DNA of 61,310 nt, the filler included, from Sphacelaria rigidula (taxonomy: Eukaryota), in assembly GCA_964200075.2 (NCBI GenBank). It is 5 parts of 5 records of this genome, joined end to end, with 100 filler letters (N's around TTAATTAATTAA, not from the genome) between each part and the next. Parts side by side here need not be neighbours in the genome. Positions count along the whole stretch, not along the records: positions 24,568 to 36,748 come from CAXNAA020004032.1; positions 36,849 to 49,029 come from CAXNAA020004033.1; 3 more parts are not named here. One strand, given 5' to 3'. The translations under genes were made by a program, and so were the position numbers. Of the stretch, positions 25,650 to 37,365 are shown one piece after another. A model generated the notes under the pieces. That model was not told where the DNA came from and did no database searches. It saw only the letters and a list, made by a program, of their open reading frames with translations. Each line of letters begins with the position of its first letter. Within the stretch, counting starts at the first letter, position 1.

Positions 25650-28600
25650 CGAAATGCGAGTGGTAACGACACGAGTCACGGGCAATTTTCGCAACTCCTT
25701 TGTAAGAAATTCCGGAGCGGCCTCAAAAATATCTTTGAAAAGCTCCCACGTACGCTCCTCAACTTCGAAACCAACCTAGTCGACCAACACGATCAAGGAA
25801 CGGCCGTCTGCTTTCCCCACTTGGACAATACCAGTCATCTAAAATTGCCCCTGAAAGCATGCTGCAACACGTTCTCAACGTCAGCCGTAACATCAAGCTG
25901 CGAGTCTGCATAAGAACGCAAACTCTGAACACGACTCAAAACAATGTTTTGAATCTCAAACACGTGCGGGTGGTGAGCCCCGACCACTCTCATTGGACCA
26001 GCCCACGTCGTCATCAACTTGGGCGTAACACCCGGACGACTCACGCGTGCATACAAGACATAGTAGCCTACCTCAAAATTCGGCAGTCCCAGCCCCGACG
26101 AGAACCCCTCACATCTACGCGCACATTCAGCTGCAACACGTTCCTGCACTTGAACGGGGAAACATTCTCGCAAGTCCAAGACTCCTTGCAGTGCACGCTT
26201 AATTTGAACATCGTCTAAAACATCACATTTCCATCCCCCCACCGACGACGACGCCAGCACCGAGAGAGACGTCCGAGGAGTACGACCAAACATCACGTGG
26301 TACGGCGTACTATCGTAACGACGACGATACGCCGTATTGAGAGCGCCCATTACACCGCCGGCAATACGTCCATCCACACGGAAACCATTTTGCGCTGCTC
26401 GAGAAGAATAGAGCGAAGAGCACGAACTTCTTCCATGACCACGCGTTCGCACGTGCCGTTTGAACACGAAGAATACGCCACCGCAAACTGGTAATCAACG
26501 TGCAAAGCCTCTCGTAATCGGACCAAGATCGCATTCTTAAAATGCGTGGCGGTATCACTCACCCACACACGCGCCACCCCCAAATTTTTGCACCAATTTA
26601 GTAAAGATGCAGCAGTCGATTCAGCAGTACACACTTCTACTGGTTCCAGAGGCACGAAGTTGCTCAAATCATCCATGATTACCAAAAAGTCTCGAAACCC
26701 AGCATTCTCCGACAAACCTTGGGAAGCTAGCGGGCCACTCTCACCCACGTACGAAAGCCAAAATGAACGACTTCATTTGGCGTGGTCCCATGGACCGTTT
26801 CGCCGAGCGGGCGGGGAACAACATCGCCCGCCCTCGAGGCAGCATACTTAAGACACTGGCGGACAAACTCGCGCACATGAGTTTCTATCCCCTGCCAGAC
26901 ACAAAGCTCTTGCATGCGCATGAGCGTCGTAGCTACATGACGATGCTCGGCATCGCGCATGTGCACGCAAATCATCAGACATACCTGCAACTGCTTGTCA
27001 GAACTCGGAATCCATAAAACGTTTCGGCCACGCACATGTACACGAAACAGATCTTCATTGTCCGAGATAGCAGTGCCAACGTCCGACTCGAAAGATTGCA
27101 CATCCGCATCTTCGGCCCCAAGATCTTTTCGTTGCGCTTGGCGGACAACAGATTTGGACGGCATCGAGTCATCAGGTTCACACGGACCATTCACAGCCAC
27201 AGCGCGCACAGGCATTTGAATTTCAACTGTAGGCACCTGCATGACCAAATTACCCCAATGGCACTCAGATGCATCCGGGAACATGAACACCTGACAACCA
27301 GGATGAGGATGGAACAGCGTCACGGCATGAGCCACCAGATCTTTCGCTGCCGCCCACGCCTGCAGCCTGCCCTCCGTCTACGATGCAGCCTTCTTCGGAA
27401 ACGCCATATCTAGACTGGATCACCCCGCCTGAAAATTCCGTAACATCAACCTGAGCACCAAAAGAGCCGCCATGCACAACGCCAACCAAGTCAACTTCAC
27501 TGGATCGTACCGCCGCGGCTTCATCTTCGCCGCGGAAGCTCCAGTTTTTAGCTGAACACGCATGTGCTCCACGCGCGTAGGGGGATCACCCGGCAGCGCA
27601 CGACGAAACGCGTTGACCCGGCAATACAATATGCCGCGCAGGCGCTCCGCTTTTGAGACGCTGAGGCCTGTCGCCTCAGCATCCGTCACGCTCTCCTCCA
27701 GCGCGACCTTCCGAGCGGACTCCTCTTCCGCCGGAATCATTAACATCTCCGGACTGCGCTCTACCGAGCGTTCCACCGCCGCATCCCGCTCCCCGGTCAC
27801 CTGCCCTCCAGCCTCCTGAAAAGTATCTACCGACAAGCTCACGCGACGACTGCCCAAAACGGCGGGCGTCTTCAAGCGCGGACCAGACGGAGACATTCGC
27901 GTCTTTAGGGAGTCCCGCAACCGCCGAGCGTTGACTCCAAGATCCTGAAGCGTCGGCAACCCCAGAAGAATGACGCCATCCGACTCCGGCATGATCGCAA
28001 ACGAGATCGGAGGCAGCTGCCCCGACCTCCAGGAAGTCGTGAAAGCCAGCTGCAGCGGAACAGTACGCTCTGTGACGTAAATATGCTCACCCGACGCGGT
28101 GACGGCCTGCCGCGCCCCGAGCGAAAACGGAATGCGCAGCGGCACACCCGGGAGAAGACGCTCCAACATCTCTACAGTCTGTACCGATAGACTCACATGA
28201 CCCGTCCAGTGGGCGCCATAATCCCACTTAGCCCAAACCGCAATGGCTCCACGCTCCCGTTGATTTGGAAGGCACAGCTCCGCGGGAACGTATTTGTCCG
28301 TGAACTTCACTGGCAATTTATTCGCTGACAGATGCGCCGCTAATCCCACTTGACGCCACGGCTGCTCAAGCTGCGCAGGCGAAGACGCCCCGGCAGGTTC
28401 AAACGGCACCGCCGGTGGGTATGACCCCCAGCCTACAGACCAAGATTTTGGCGAACTTCCGACCAGCGCATCAGCAGGCGTCGCGCCTGGCGCTGCTGCC
28501 GGTATCGCCATCGGCGCTACCACCGGCGCCGGTGCAGTGTTCGACACTGTAGAAGTCGGTCCCACCCGCACTGCCCGTTGCGGAGCAGCAGCACCTACAG

Positions 28601-29138
28601 CGGCGCCGGTCTCAGAACCAGACCCATGCTGACGCCGCTGCCCCCGCTGCTGCCGCTGCTGAAAACTCGACTGCGACCCTCCACCGCCGGAGGATCCGCC
28701 GCCGCCACTCCGATTACCTCGTCTTTTGCCCTTGTCCTGACGATGCTGATGTCGCGCGGCATGAGCCTGCCCGGACTCTCCACCGGAAGACGTTGGGCGA
28801 TCGCGCGCGTAATGGCCGACCTGGCCACAACAGCAGCCACAACAGCAGCAAGCGCCCGCCGCATGCCCACCATGCTTTTTGATCACTGCAACCAATCACG
28901 GCGGGGTGACTGTGCTCTTTTTATGCTCCAAACGAGCAAACACTCTTTGCACACGAGTTGGCACTTGTTGAGCCATTGGCACCACCTGATGCCGCACAGC
29001 ACCCTCTGCGTTACCATGCTTCACGCGCTTCTTGTACTCAAAGCACTTCGTAGTAAAAGTGCGAGATGCGCTCTCTGAGTACCTATCCCCGTATAGGGGA
29101 GGTCGCAACTTTTCCCGCATGACCACGGGTGTCGCCAT
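25650..29138 (-). pseudogene. gag-pol pseudogene of the LTR element
   Basis: ORF fragments 28896-29138, 27420-28895, 26727-27335, 26350-26748 and 25835-26467 form colinear gag-PR-(RT deleted)-RH-INT-chromodomain. Confidence 0.85.
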
Positions 29139-29437
29139 AGCTGTAACCGGCTACCTGCGAACCTTTTGCAGGCCAGCGGACCTTCGCGAATTGCGCTCTT
29201 CCTTGCTTCGTCGCCGCACCACACAGTTGTAGGAGCCTTCAAACTCCCGCTGCACGCAGCTTCAGCAAGTCTCTAGTCTGGATCAATCACAGGTCAGCCG
29301 CCTTTCTGCAGCTACCACCAACTTGAACGCCCTTCACGCGCCCGTGATGCTCCAGGTTGTCCCCAGCTGCCAGACTCACTTCGCCGAAATCTTTCCCAGC
29401 AGGTTTTTCGCACTGTCACTAGAACTAATATCGGTAT

Positions 29438-29686
29438 TGTGACGCCAGCCAGAAGACGGACTGGTGGATCACTGCTGTTGGGGGACTCCCCAGTCTTACT
29501 GGCTTCAGTTTTAGTTGTCAGCCTTTACAGTATTCTCTTTATTCAGGAGTACCCTCGTAGGCACAACCTCCTAGATACGCCAGGGTATCAACCTAGTGTC
29601 CCCGGTCATTATCCAGATTATCACTACCAACGGTCATTATCCAGATAATCATTACCAACTCAACGTAACGGCGTAGTTTCGTCAAA
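29438..29686 (-). repeat. 5' LTR with a ~28-bp internal tandem duplication
   Basis: Direct repeat of 25332-25551 with roughly 13-15 differences (hand count). Confidence 0.9.
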
Positions 29687-29769
29687 TGTCACAAAACCGT
29701 CGCCCAAAAATTTAAAATGAAATTTTGTCAGGGGTATGAACACATTCCTCCAAAAAACACATAGGTATG

Positions 29770-30945
29770 CACACGTGGACAAATAGCACCCTGTAGGACG
29801 AGCTGCACAGGGTTCTCCACAGTCTTTGTGAAAAACCCTGTGCAGCATTTGCAAACCCTAGTACCTGTAATAGCATTTTGCATAGCATTTTTGTCGAAAC
29901 CCTGAGAGCAACCCTGTGGAGAGGCCTTCCCAATTTCGAAAATTCCAAATTATTTTGGTATAAAATCTGTATATATATATGTATTGAATAGCTTCTCCTG
30001 CTGTCCGAGATAAATCCTCTTTTTGCTCGATTCAAATCGGGCAAAAATGAATTTATCTCGGACAGCAGGAGAAGCTTTTAAAAACAGATCCTTTTTTCGC
30101 CCATTTTATTTGGGCAAAAAAAGGATCTATTTCGAACAGCAGAATAACCTATTCAAAATAGATCATTTTTTCGCCCATTTACATTGGGGAAAAAAAGGAT
30201 CTATTTCGAATGGCTTATTCTGCTGCGCAAATCCCATGCACACTGGCAGATTTGGAATTAGAATAGCAGAAGAAACTCAAAATAAATCTTCACTTTGCCC
30301 TCCAATTTCATTCGGAAACTGGGGGAAGATAGATTTATTGCAAGCAGCGTCAGCTGTGCGTATCCCGCATACTGCACCATCACCAGCGTATGGGATCATA
30401 CACGCAACATAAGTTGTTGAGAGCAATTCATCCTGAAGCCCCAAAGGATGAAGATTTCTCAACAGCTTTCACTGAGTAGAGATTCCACACATTCGTTACG
30501 TGTGTATGTCCAGACCTGTGCATCAAGCACAAACTTGGCGTGGTAAGATGCTGTAGGAACGCTATATACCTCGCATATCACCCACATTGCTTTTGAAAAC
30601 CCCGTGGTGCGCAGTCTACCAAATCACTCAACCGAGTATGCTCTTGTTTAGAGAGGTTTTTGCTTGATAGTTAGTAGAAGCGCAAAATATTTCTCCTGCT
30701 GCAATGAGACAGGTAGCTTAATGTGCACACTGCCTTACTTCAAAGTGCGAGCTCGTCAGTCCGAGTCCCTCCGCTGTAACTTATTCACCGTTTTTTTCTG
30801 CCAGTACCATGCCCATGCTGTATGGAGTACATTGTATGTGCGCTGCAAAGGCTGTACAGCATATTAACAGCGATGCATTCTACACGGGGTGACGAAACCC
30901 TATGAAGCGCCCTGTGTGGCACAAAATAATACCCTACAGTTCTCA
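29770..30945 (+). mobile_element. Truncated diverged copy of the CACACGTGG-TIR element
   Basis: Begins CACACGTGGACAAATAGCACCCTGT and is colinear with 31128-32190. Confidence 0.65.
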
Positions 30946-31127
30946 AACAGTTGACAGTTCACAAAAAACTTCGAGGTCTCTCCCAGACCCAGAGAAACGT
31001 TTTGGGCCACTTGCGAAACCCTTTTTGTGGACTGGTTGACAAATTATTCATCCGGCCAAAAAGTCAAACTGGGAGCACGAAGTTTCGAAGAAGTGGGCTA
31101 CAATCATCCCAGAGAGTACAGTAGCAA

Positions 31128-32502
31128 CACACGTGGACAGATAGCACCCTGTAGGACGTGCTGCACAGAGTCCTCTGCAGTCTTTGTGCGAACCCCCGTG
31201 CGGCATTTGCAAACCCTAGTACCTCTACCAGCATTTTGTGTAGCGTTTTTCTCGACACCCTGTAAGCAACCCTGTGGAGAGGCATTCCCAATGTAAAAAT
31301 TCCAAATTATTTTGTTACAAGGTCTGTAATTTTATGTATTCAGGGAAGCTGTTCGAAATAAATCCTGTTCTTACCCGACTAACTTGTGCAAAAAAGGATT
31401 TATTTCGAACAGCTCTTCCTGCTGTACAAATCCCATACACGCTGGCAGATTTGAAATTCGAACAGTAGAAGAAGTCCGAAATAAATTCTCCTTTTGCCCG
31501 CAGATTCCTCCGGATTAGGCAAAAAGAGAACGCATTGCGAACAGCCTCAGCTGTGCGAGTCCCGCATACTGCACCGTAATCAGCGGACGAGATCTGAGAT
31601 GCAGCAAAAGTTGTTGAAAAGAACTCATCATCTTGCCCCCCAATTCATATATCAATTGGGCCGAAGGATAGAATTCTCAACAGCTTTTGCTGAACACAAA
31701 TCCCACACACTGCTTACGAGTGTATGCCCACACGCCTGTGCTTCGAAGCGATGCTTCAGCTGAAGGCGTAATGAAGGTGCTGGATTGTCGGTGTATACCT
31801 TGCAGATGTATGCACATAGCTCATGAAAACCCAGTCGTCTATTGTCTACCAAAACAAACGAAATGGTTTTAGATCGGAAACGCAAAACAATCACTCAACC
31901 AATCATGCTTCCGTTTTATGAAGGTTTCTGCTTGATATCCATTAGAAGCACAAAAATACACCCTGTCAACAACGAATCGCAGATGGTTCATATAGTTCGT
32001 TATACTTCCGACCACAAAAGCGCGAGTTCGATATCTACTACAGTCATTTTTCGACCGTTTTTTTCTGCCAGTACCGTGCCCGCGCTGTAAGGTGGAGCAT
32101 ATTTTATGTGCGTTGTAACGCTGTACAGTTAAGAGCACAAGGGGTGACGAAACCCTGTGAAGCGTACTGTATGGCGCAAAAACATACCCTACAGCCAAAT
32201 TCCTGCAAGAAACACTCCGCAGTTTCCCTGAAGCCCTGTAAAGCGTACTGTGCGGCGCAAAAAACACTGTACAATAAACAATACACGGGGTGACGAAACC
32301 CTGTGAAGCGTACTGTGTGGCGCAACAAAAATACCTTATAGCCAAATCCCCGCGAAAAACACTGCACAGCTTTCCTGAAACCCTGTAAAGCGTACTGTGC
32401 GGCGCAAGAAAACACCTTACAGCCACATCCCCGCGAGCAACACCGCACAGTTTCCCTGAACCCTGTAGACGTGCCCCACAGGGTGCTATCTGTCCACGTG
32501 TG
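31128..32502. mobile_element. Non-autonomous TIR DNA transposon (CAC-terminal, CACTA/CMC-like architecture)
   Basis: Perfect 25-bp TIR CACACGTGGACAGATAGCACCCTGT; many subterminal ACCCTGT motifs; tandem units at 32140-32465. Confidence 0.7.
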
Positions 32503-32789
32503 CGTACAGTCAGTTGTACAGTAGTACAGTACAACAGTACGCAGCACTTTCAAACAACAGACAAGGCCGCATCGTAATCATTTCCCAACATGCAACTCGT
32601 AACGGTGGTGCAAGAAGTCATGACCTCTAACGGAATGGCAATGTAGCCAGATGTAGTACTGCTTGTGCGTTGTAGATTACGAATCGTTCACACCGTCTTC
32701 TTACAGCTGAAGCTGGCAAAAAGGAGGAACTGCACCGAAGATAACGGCGTGTATCCATCGAGCATTTGAATTCTCCAAGGTTGTGTTCT

Positions 32790-34370
32790 GCAAGGTACGG
32801 GTACGTTCTGTAGGGTATAAGATTCCGTACAGAACTAACAGAACTGTGGGGTATCGGTATGAAAGTCTTACAGAGATTACAGAACGTGAGTGATGCTACG
32901 GTAGGGGTACACAAATATTTTCTAAGGTTAGAGTTATTGGAAGCCCTTGACATCCTGTAAAACACCACAACATATAAAAATATGTAAAAGTACGCCAGGA
33001 TTACTACTCCAATGTGCTGGGGATATCCCGAATGAATTCGCTAACGGAGATGCCCTGACCCATATTTTGTGCATCTAAAATCGTTAGGAGCCCCTGAACT
33101 AGACATACTTTCGCGGAAAAAGTGCACCCTACCGTAGCATTGCTCACGTGTCGGGTACAGTATGGGAGACTTGCAGAAAACCGGTACCGGCAATCGGGTA
33201 TTTCTTCAAGAGCATACCCGCCCCTCGGGTTAGGGTAAAGGTTTTGTACAGAACTCACAGAACTGTCGGCTAAGGGTATCGGAGGCTTACAGGACTCACA
33301 GAAACTGTCGGGTAGGGTATGGAGGTTGCACAGAAAACCGTACTCGCAACCGGGTATCTTATCAAGAGCATACCCGTGCCCCCCTGTAACGGTACGGGAG
33401 GTTTGCAGAACTCGCAGAACTATCGGGTACGGGTATGAAGGTTTTACAGAGATTACAGAACTGTCGAGTATCGGTATGGAAATCTTACAGAGTTTACAGA
33501 ACTGTTGGGTACGGCAAACACCCGGCAAAATACCTCGGGTATACAGAAAACCATACCCTACAAAACACGACCTTAGTACCACCATCACCCCTGTGGTGGG
33601 ACCTACGTCAGTGGTGAAATACAGATGACAGCTCACCAAAACTCTAAACGGCTTCACGGGGTTGATAGAGGAAGATGACACGAACAATCGCAGTAGTACA
33701 CGTGCACGGGATCGTCATCATCTATCGGCTGTACGTACACTCCCAGAGAGTACATGAAGGGGCATCCACGGCTGCCCGTCCTCTGCAAGCCCTTCGGCGC
33801 GCGACAAAATCGCCGACAGCCTTGTCGACTTTCGATGGCAGCTCATACTCTGTTCTGTACATGTCGATAACGGCCTGGGCTTTGATGACCACGATACAAA
33901 CACCATCAACGTCGTTGAAGTGCGTCTTGCCAGTTGATCCTCTGGTGGCGCAGGTGAACCGTCCCCGCTCAAGCCACCACTCGAGTCTGGGGGTGATCCA
34001 TCCTGACGGCCTGCAGTGCTGCTCATGTTTCGTGTTTCCACTCAGCGGTACCTCGTATCCCGTCAGATCCCAAACTAACGAACCTTTCAACATTGAGATG
34101 TTGTTGGTGTGCAGTTTTGAATGAAGGAGTTGGGCGGGTTGATCGCGATGGGAGGTACACGTTCAGGTCATGAGGTTGTGTTTGGGTTGAACCTATATCC
34201 GTACCTCCCCAAGGTATATACCTGTGCTCATACCTGCAATCGGGTATATATATATAACGGTATACCCCAACCCCGGGAAGGGGTATGGGAGGCTTACAGA
34301 GCTCACAGAACTGTCGGGTACCGGTACTGGATGAAAGTCTCAGAGGGTTTACAGAACTTGTTGGGTACTG
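32790..34370. repeat. Array of ACAGAACT.ACAGAACTGTCGGGTA motifs enclosing a decayed ORF fragment (33600-34100, minus)
   Basis: Motif recurs at ~32830, 33248, 33297, 33405, 33448, 33487 and 34295-34365. Confidence 0.6.
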
Positions 34371-34379
34371 TCATGAAGA

Positions 34380-35009
34380 TGTAGATTAGCCTGTTGTCAT
34401 GCCACTTCAGACCCGTTGTCGAGTCTGGCTATCGGTATTTCGGATATATGTGGTGAGCTCAGTCTTCAGTGTGTAACCTAGTTATTGTAAGCGCCGTGTC
34501 TACGACGGAGATTGCTTGCTAAGGGGGCGCTATACAGCGTCCTACTGGAACATGACAGAGTACAGTTCCAACCGGGACGGTTTCAGGCTAGACAATACAG
34601 ACAGTTTGATTGTGGAGCGGGTTTGAAGGGGCCGAGGGCCGAGCTTGTCTCTAGGTGTGTCAGCTGCTGAACTAGGGGACCTTGGTGGGCAAGAAAGTCA
34701 TCAAGTAACCGTTAATATAGCCGGCAGAATGTCGTGAGCAGGGCTGTGGAACGTTTCATTCTGGCTGTTTTGGTGCGGGCCGCTGAGGTTGGTGTGCCCC
34801 ACCCTTGGTCAGTTTTTCCCAAACCCCAGCATCTCAGTTTGGAACAGCAAGTGTTTGAGCGTACATAAGGAAACCACCAATAAATAATCATCAACAAAGT
34901 TCTGGCCATCCTTCTTCTTCTCCTTCCACACTCCTACGGGAAGCTCTCGCCCTGACTGTCCCAGCTGCTACCCTCAGCCCTGGTTGACCGCGCCACCAAG
35001 AGCACCACA
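34380..35009 (+). mobile_element. Possible solo LTR
   Basis: TG...CA ends, TATA-like motif near 34715 and AATAAA near 34879. No TSD or second copy found. Confidence 0.25.
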
Positions 35010-36183
35010 GACTAAATAACGTACAAGTGAGAAGGCAGGATTCTCTATTTCTGCGGAGAGAAATTCAGGTTCCTCTCATATACCGTTATTCAACACTGCA
35101 GATCTGTTCAGAGTTGGTCGGGTACGAATATGAGCTTGTATATGGAAGAGATGGTGACAGCTAGATCTACAGATTATGCAGATCTGGCGCCTCACTGCTC
35201 TCCTCTACCCTTCCAGCAAAAGAAGTCTGAGCATCGGTGAGACTGATTGACTGAGCGTTAAATTGGATTGGTTGATTGGGTACTGGAAGGTAGAAACAAG
35301 ATAATAAAGAAGAACAAGAGCACCGCGCGTAAAACTTGATCCTGACACACTGTGTGAAAAGCTATGCCGAGCTATGCCGAGCTGTGCCGGACTGTCTATT
35401 GTCCACTTGCCTTGTGAGCCTGTGCTTGGACTGTAAGCTATGCCTTGCTATAACAGCACCGCAACCTCAATACATTTGGCGTTTGACTAAGGATCTTCTT
35501 CTTTTGCGATTGTGTTTCCCTTCTTGACACCGATTTGCATCCCTGCCCATCGAGCTGCACGCGCGCAGCTTTTGTGACCAACTTTGTGCCCCTCGTGTTT
35601 TTGTTCGGTTCAGGTACAGTCAACTAGTCAAATCTATCTCTTCAGCTCTTTAAGACTTTCTTGATGGTCGTTTCTTGAGCCATTGTACAGCTTCTGCCCT
35701 GTGTGTCCCGTCGTACGTAGTACTCGTGACTCCTAGCTCTTGCTGCTTGCTGCTTCCTGCAGCGCTTGACTGCACACCTTGTGCCACGTTGGGTCAACGC
35801 GCATGGCACGCCAGCCTCGCCTTGTTGTGTTTTTGTGTCTTTTTATACACACACTTTTTTTTATACACATACACCTGTACGTTACACTGTGGTACGCCCC
35901 GACTGCACAACGTAACATCCCATGGTGATTCAGTACAGGACGGTCACACGCCCAGCCATCCCTGGCTCACGTATTTGGTCTTCTTGTTGCTCCCTTCCTT
36001 CTGGCAGGAGAAGTCTTCTACTACAGATTTGTTACAGAACACCAGTGCACAGGGTGCCCTGTTGCTCATAGCCAGCCGCTGTTCCTGACCTGAGCTCCTT
36101 GCCAAGTCAGCAATCTGCCGCTCTCATACTCAAGTACCGATTGTACACGACTGTTGCATCTTTTGTTCACGAAGTCGCTGAGC

Positions 36184-36680
36184 AACACAACCCGTGCTCC
36201 CAAAGAGGTGACCGCGGACATCTGTACCCGAGCTTTGTACCGGTTTCCGGGCACTGAAGGTCACACAACCCGTGCTCCCAAAGAGGTGACCACGGAAATC
36301 TGTACACGAGATTTGTACCCGTTCCGGCACTTTCGTTTCGTCGCGATCTACGTCATTCGTAGCTACTTTGTTGTTGTTGTTCTCTTCTGGTGTACTTCGC
36401 ACAGCTGTAGAGCAGCGCTGTACATCACCGTGGCAAGTAACAATACACAGCACAACGGATTGAAAGTTTTTTTCTCATTGACCCCCCTCTCGAACAAGTA
36501 ATAATTAATTGTTCCGAGACAGTTTCGTCGCGATCTACGTCACTCGTAACTACTTTGTTGATGTTGTTCTCTTCTGGTGTATTTCGCACAGCTGTAGAGC
36601 AGCGCTGTACATCACCGTGGTAAGTAACAATACACAGCACAACGGACCTTGAGGTTTCTCTCATTGACCCCCCTCGCGGA
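36184..36680. repeat. Two adjacent tandem duplications (~79 bp x2; ~187 bp x2)
   Basis: CACAACCCGTGCTCCCAAAGAGGTGACC occurs twice; GTCGCGATCTACGTCA...CACAGCACAACGGA occurs twice. Confidence 0.85.
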
Positions 36681-36748
36681 CCCCCAGATGGGGTTGGCGT
36701 CGCTTGGCGATGACGCTGTAAAACACGCCACTCACTACGTAAGCTAGG

Positions 36749-36848
36749 NNNNNNNNNNNNNNNNNNNNNNNNNNNNNNNNNNNNNNNNNNNNTTAATTAA
36801 TTAANNNNNNNNNNNNNNNNNNNNNNNNNNNNNNNNNNNNNNNNNNNN
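36749..36848. other. Artificial contig linker
   Basis: N44-TTAATTAATTAA-N44. Confidence 0.99.
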
Positions 36849-37189
36849 CTGACACACTGATGAGCCTCTTTTTTCTTTCAATCAAATACCCCCTCCCCTA
36901 TCGTAGGATGACTCTTAGGTACCCTAAAATATGAGACAGAGGAAGCATACGAAGTACAGAAGAGAAGAATACACCTGGCTGCCGTCGAACCATCATTATC
37001 GTCCTATGAATGCTTTTATTTTCAAGCGTATATGTGCTATAATATGCAGTTTTCCCTTTTACTTGCTTACGTTCTCTAGCCACACTTTTAACACCTTCAT
37101 GCGCACCCAGAGACGTTGCCGTTGAGTTTGGCCATCGTATGACGTCCACGGTTGTTCACCAGGTTGGCGAACCTAGTGGATTACGAGAC

Positions 37190-37365
37190 TTTCGTGCGCA
37201 AAATTGGCAACATTTTCGCTGCCATGTGTCTGTTCTATGGCAAAAGGCAAAGCACTTGTGTACACACCCTCAAGAGACTTCTGTGTGCACATTTGGCAAC
37301 ATTTTCGCGACCATGTGTCTGTTCTATGGCAAAAGACAAAACACTGTGTACACGCTCTCAAGTAT
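37190..37365 (+). repeat. Tandem duplication, ~88 bp x2
   Basis: TTGGCAACATTTTCGC..CCATGTGTCTGTTCTATGGCAAAAG occurs twice. Confidence 0.8.

Larger units (their letters stand above)
25332..29686 (-). mobile_element. Degenerate Ty3/Gypsy chromovirus-type LTR retrotransposon with internal deletions
   Basis: Two LTRs; Gag zinc knuckle (CGQVGHYARD); protease-like WDYGA; RNase H start (FPDASECHWG); integrase zinc-binding and core regions (IMDDLS..., AYSSCSNGTCER); C-terminal chromodomain (VLVD*VGFEVEERTWEL..IFEAAP). Frameshifts and stops throughout. Confidence 0.92.

Noticed and set aside
32140..32465. CRISPR-like repeat-spacer array (also 32790-33520 and 36184-36680)
   Set aside because: The intervening sequence is itself repeated and degenerate, there are no unique spacers or cas genes, and the context is eukaryotic.
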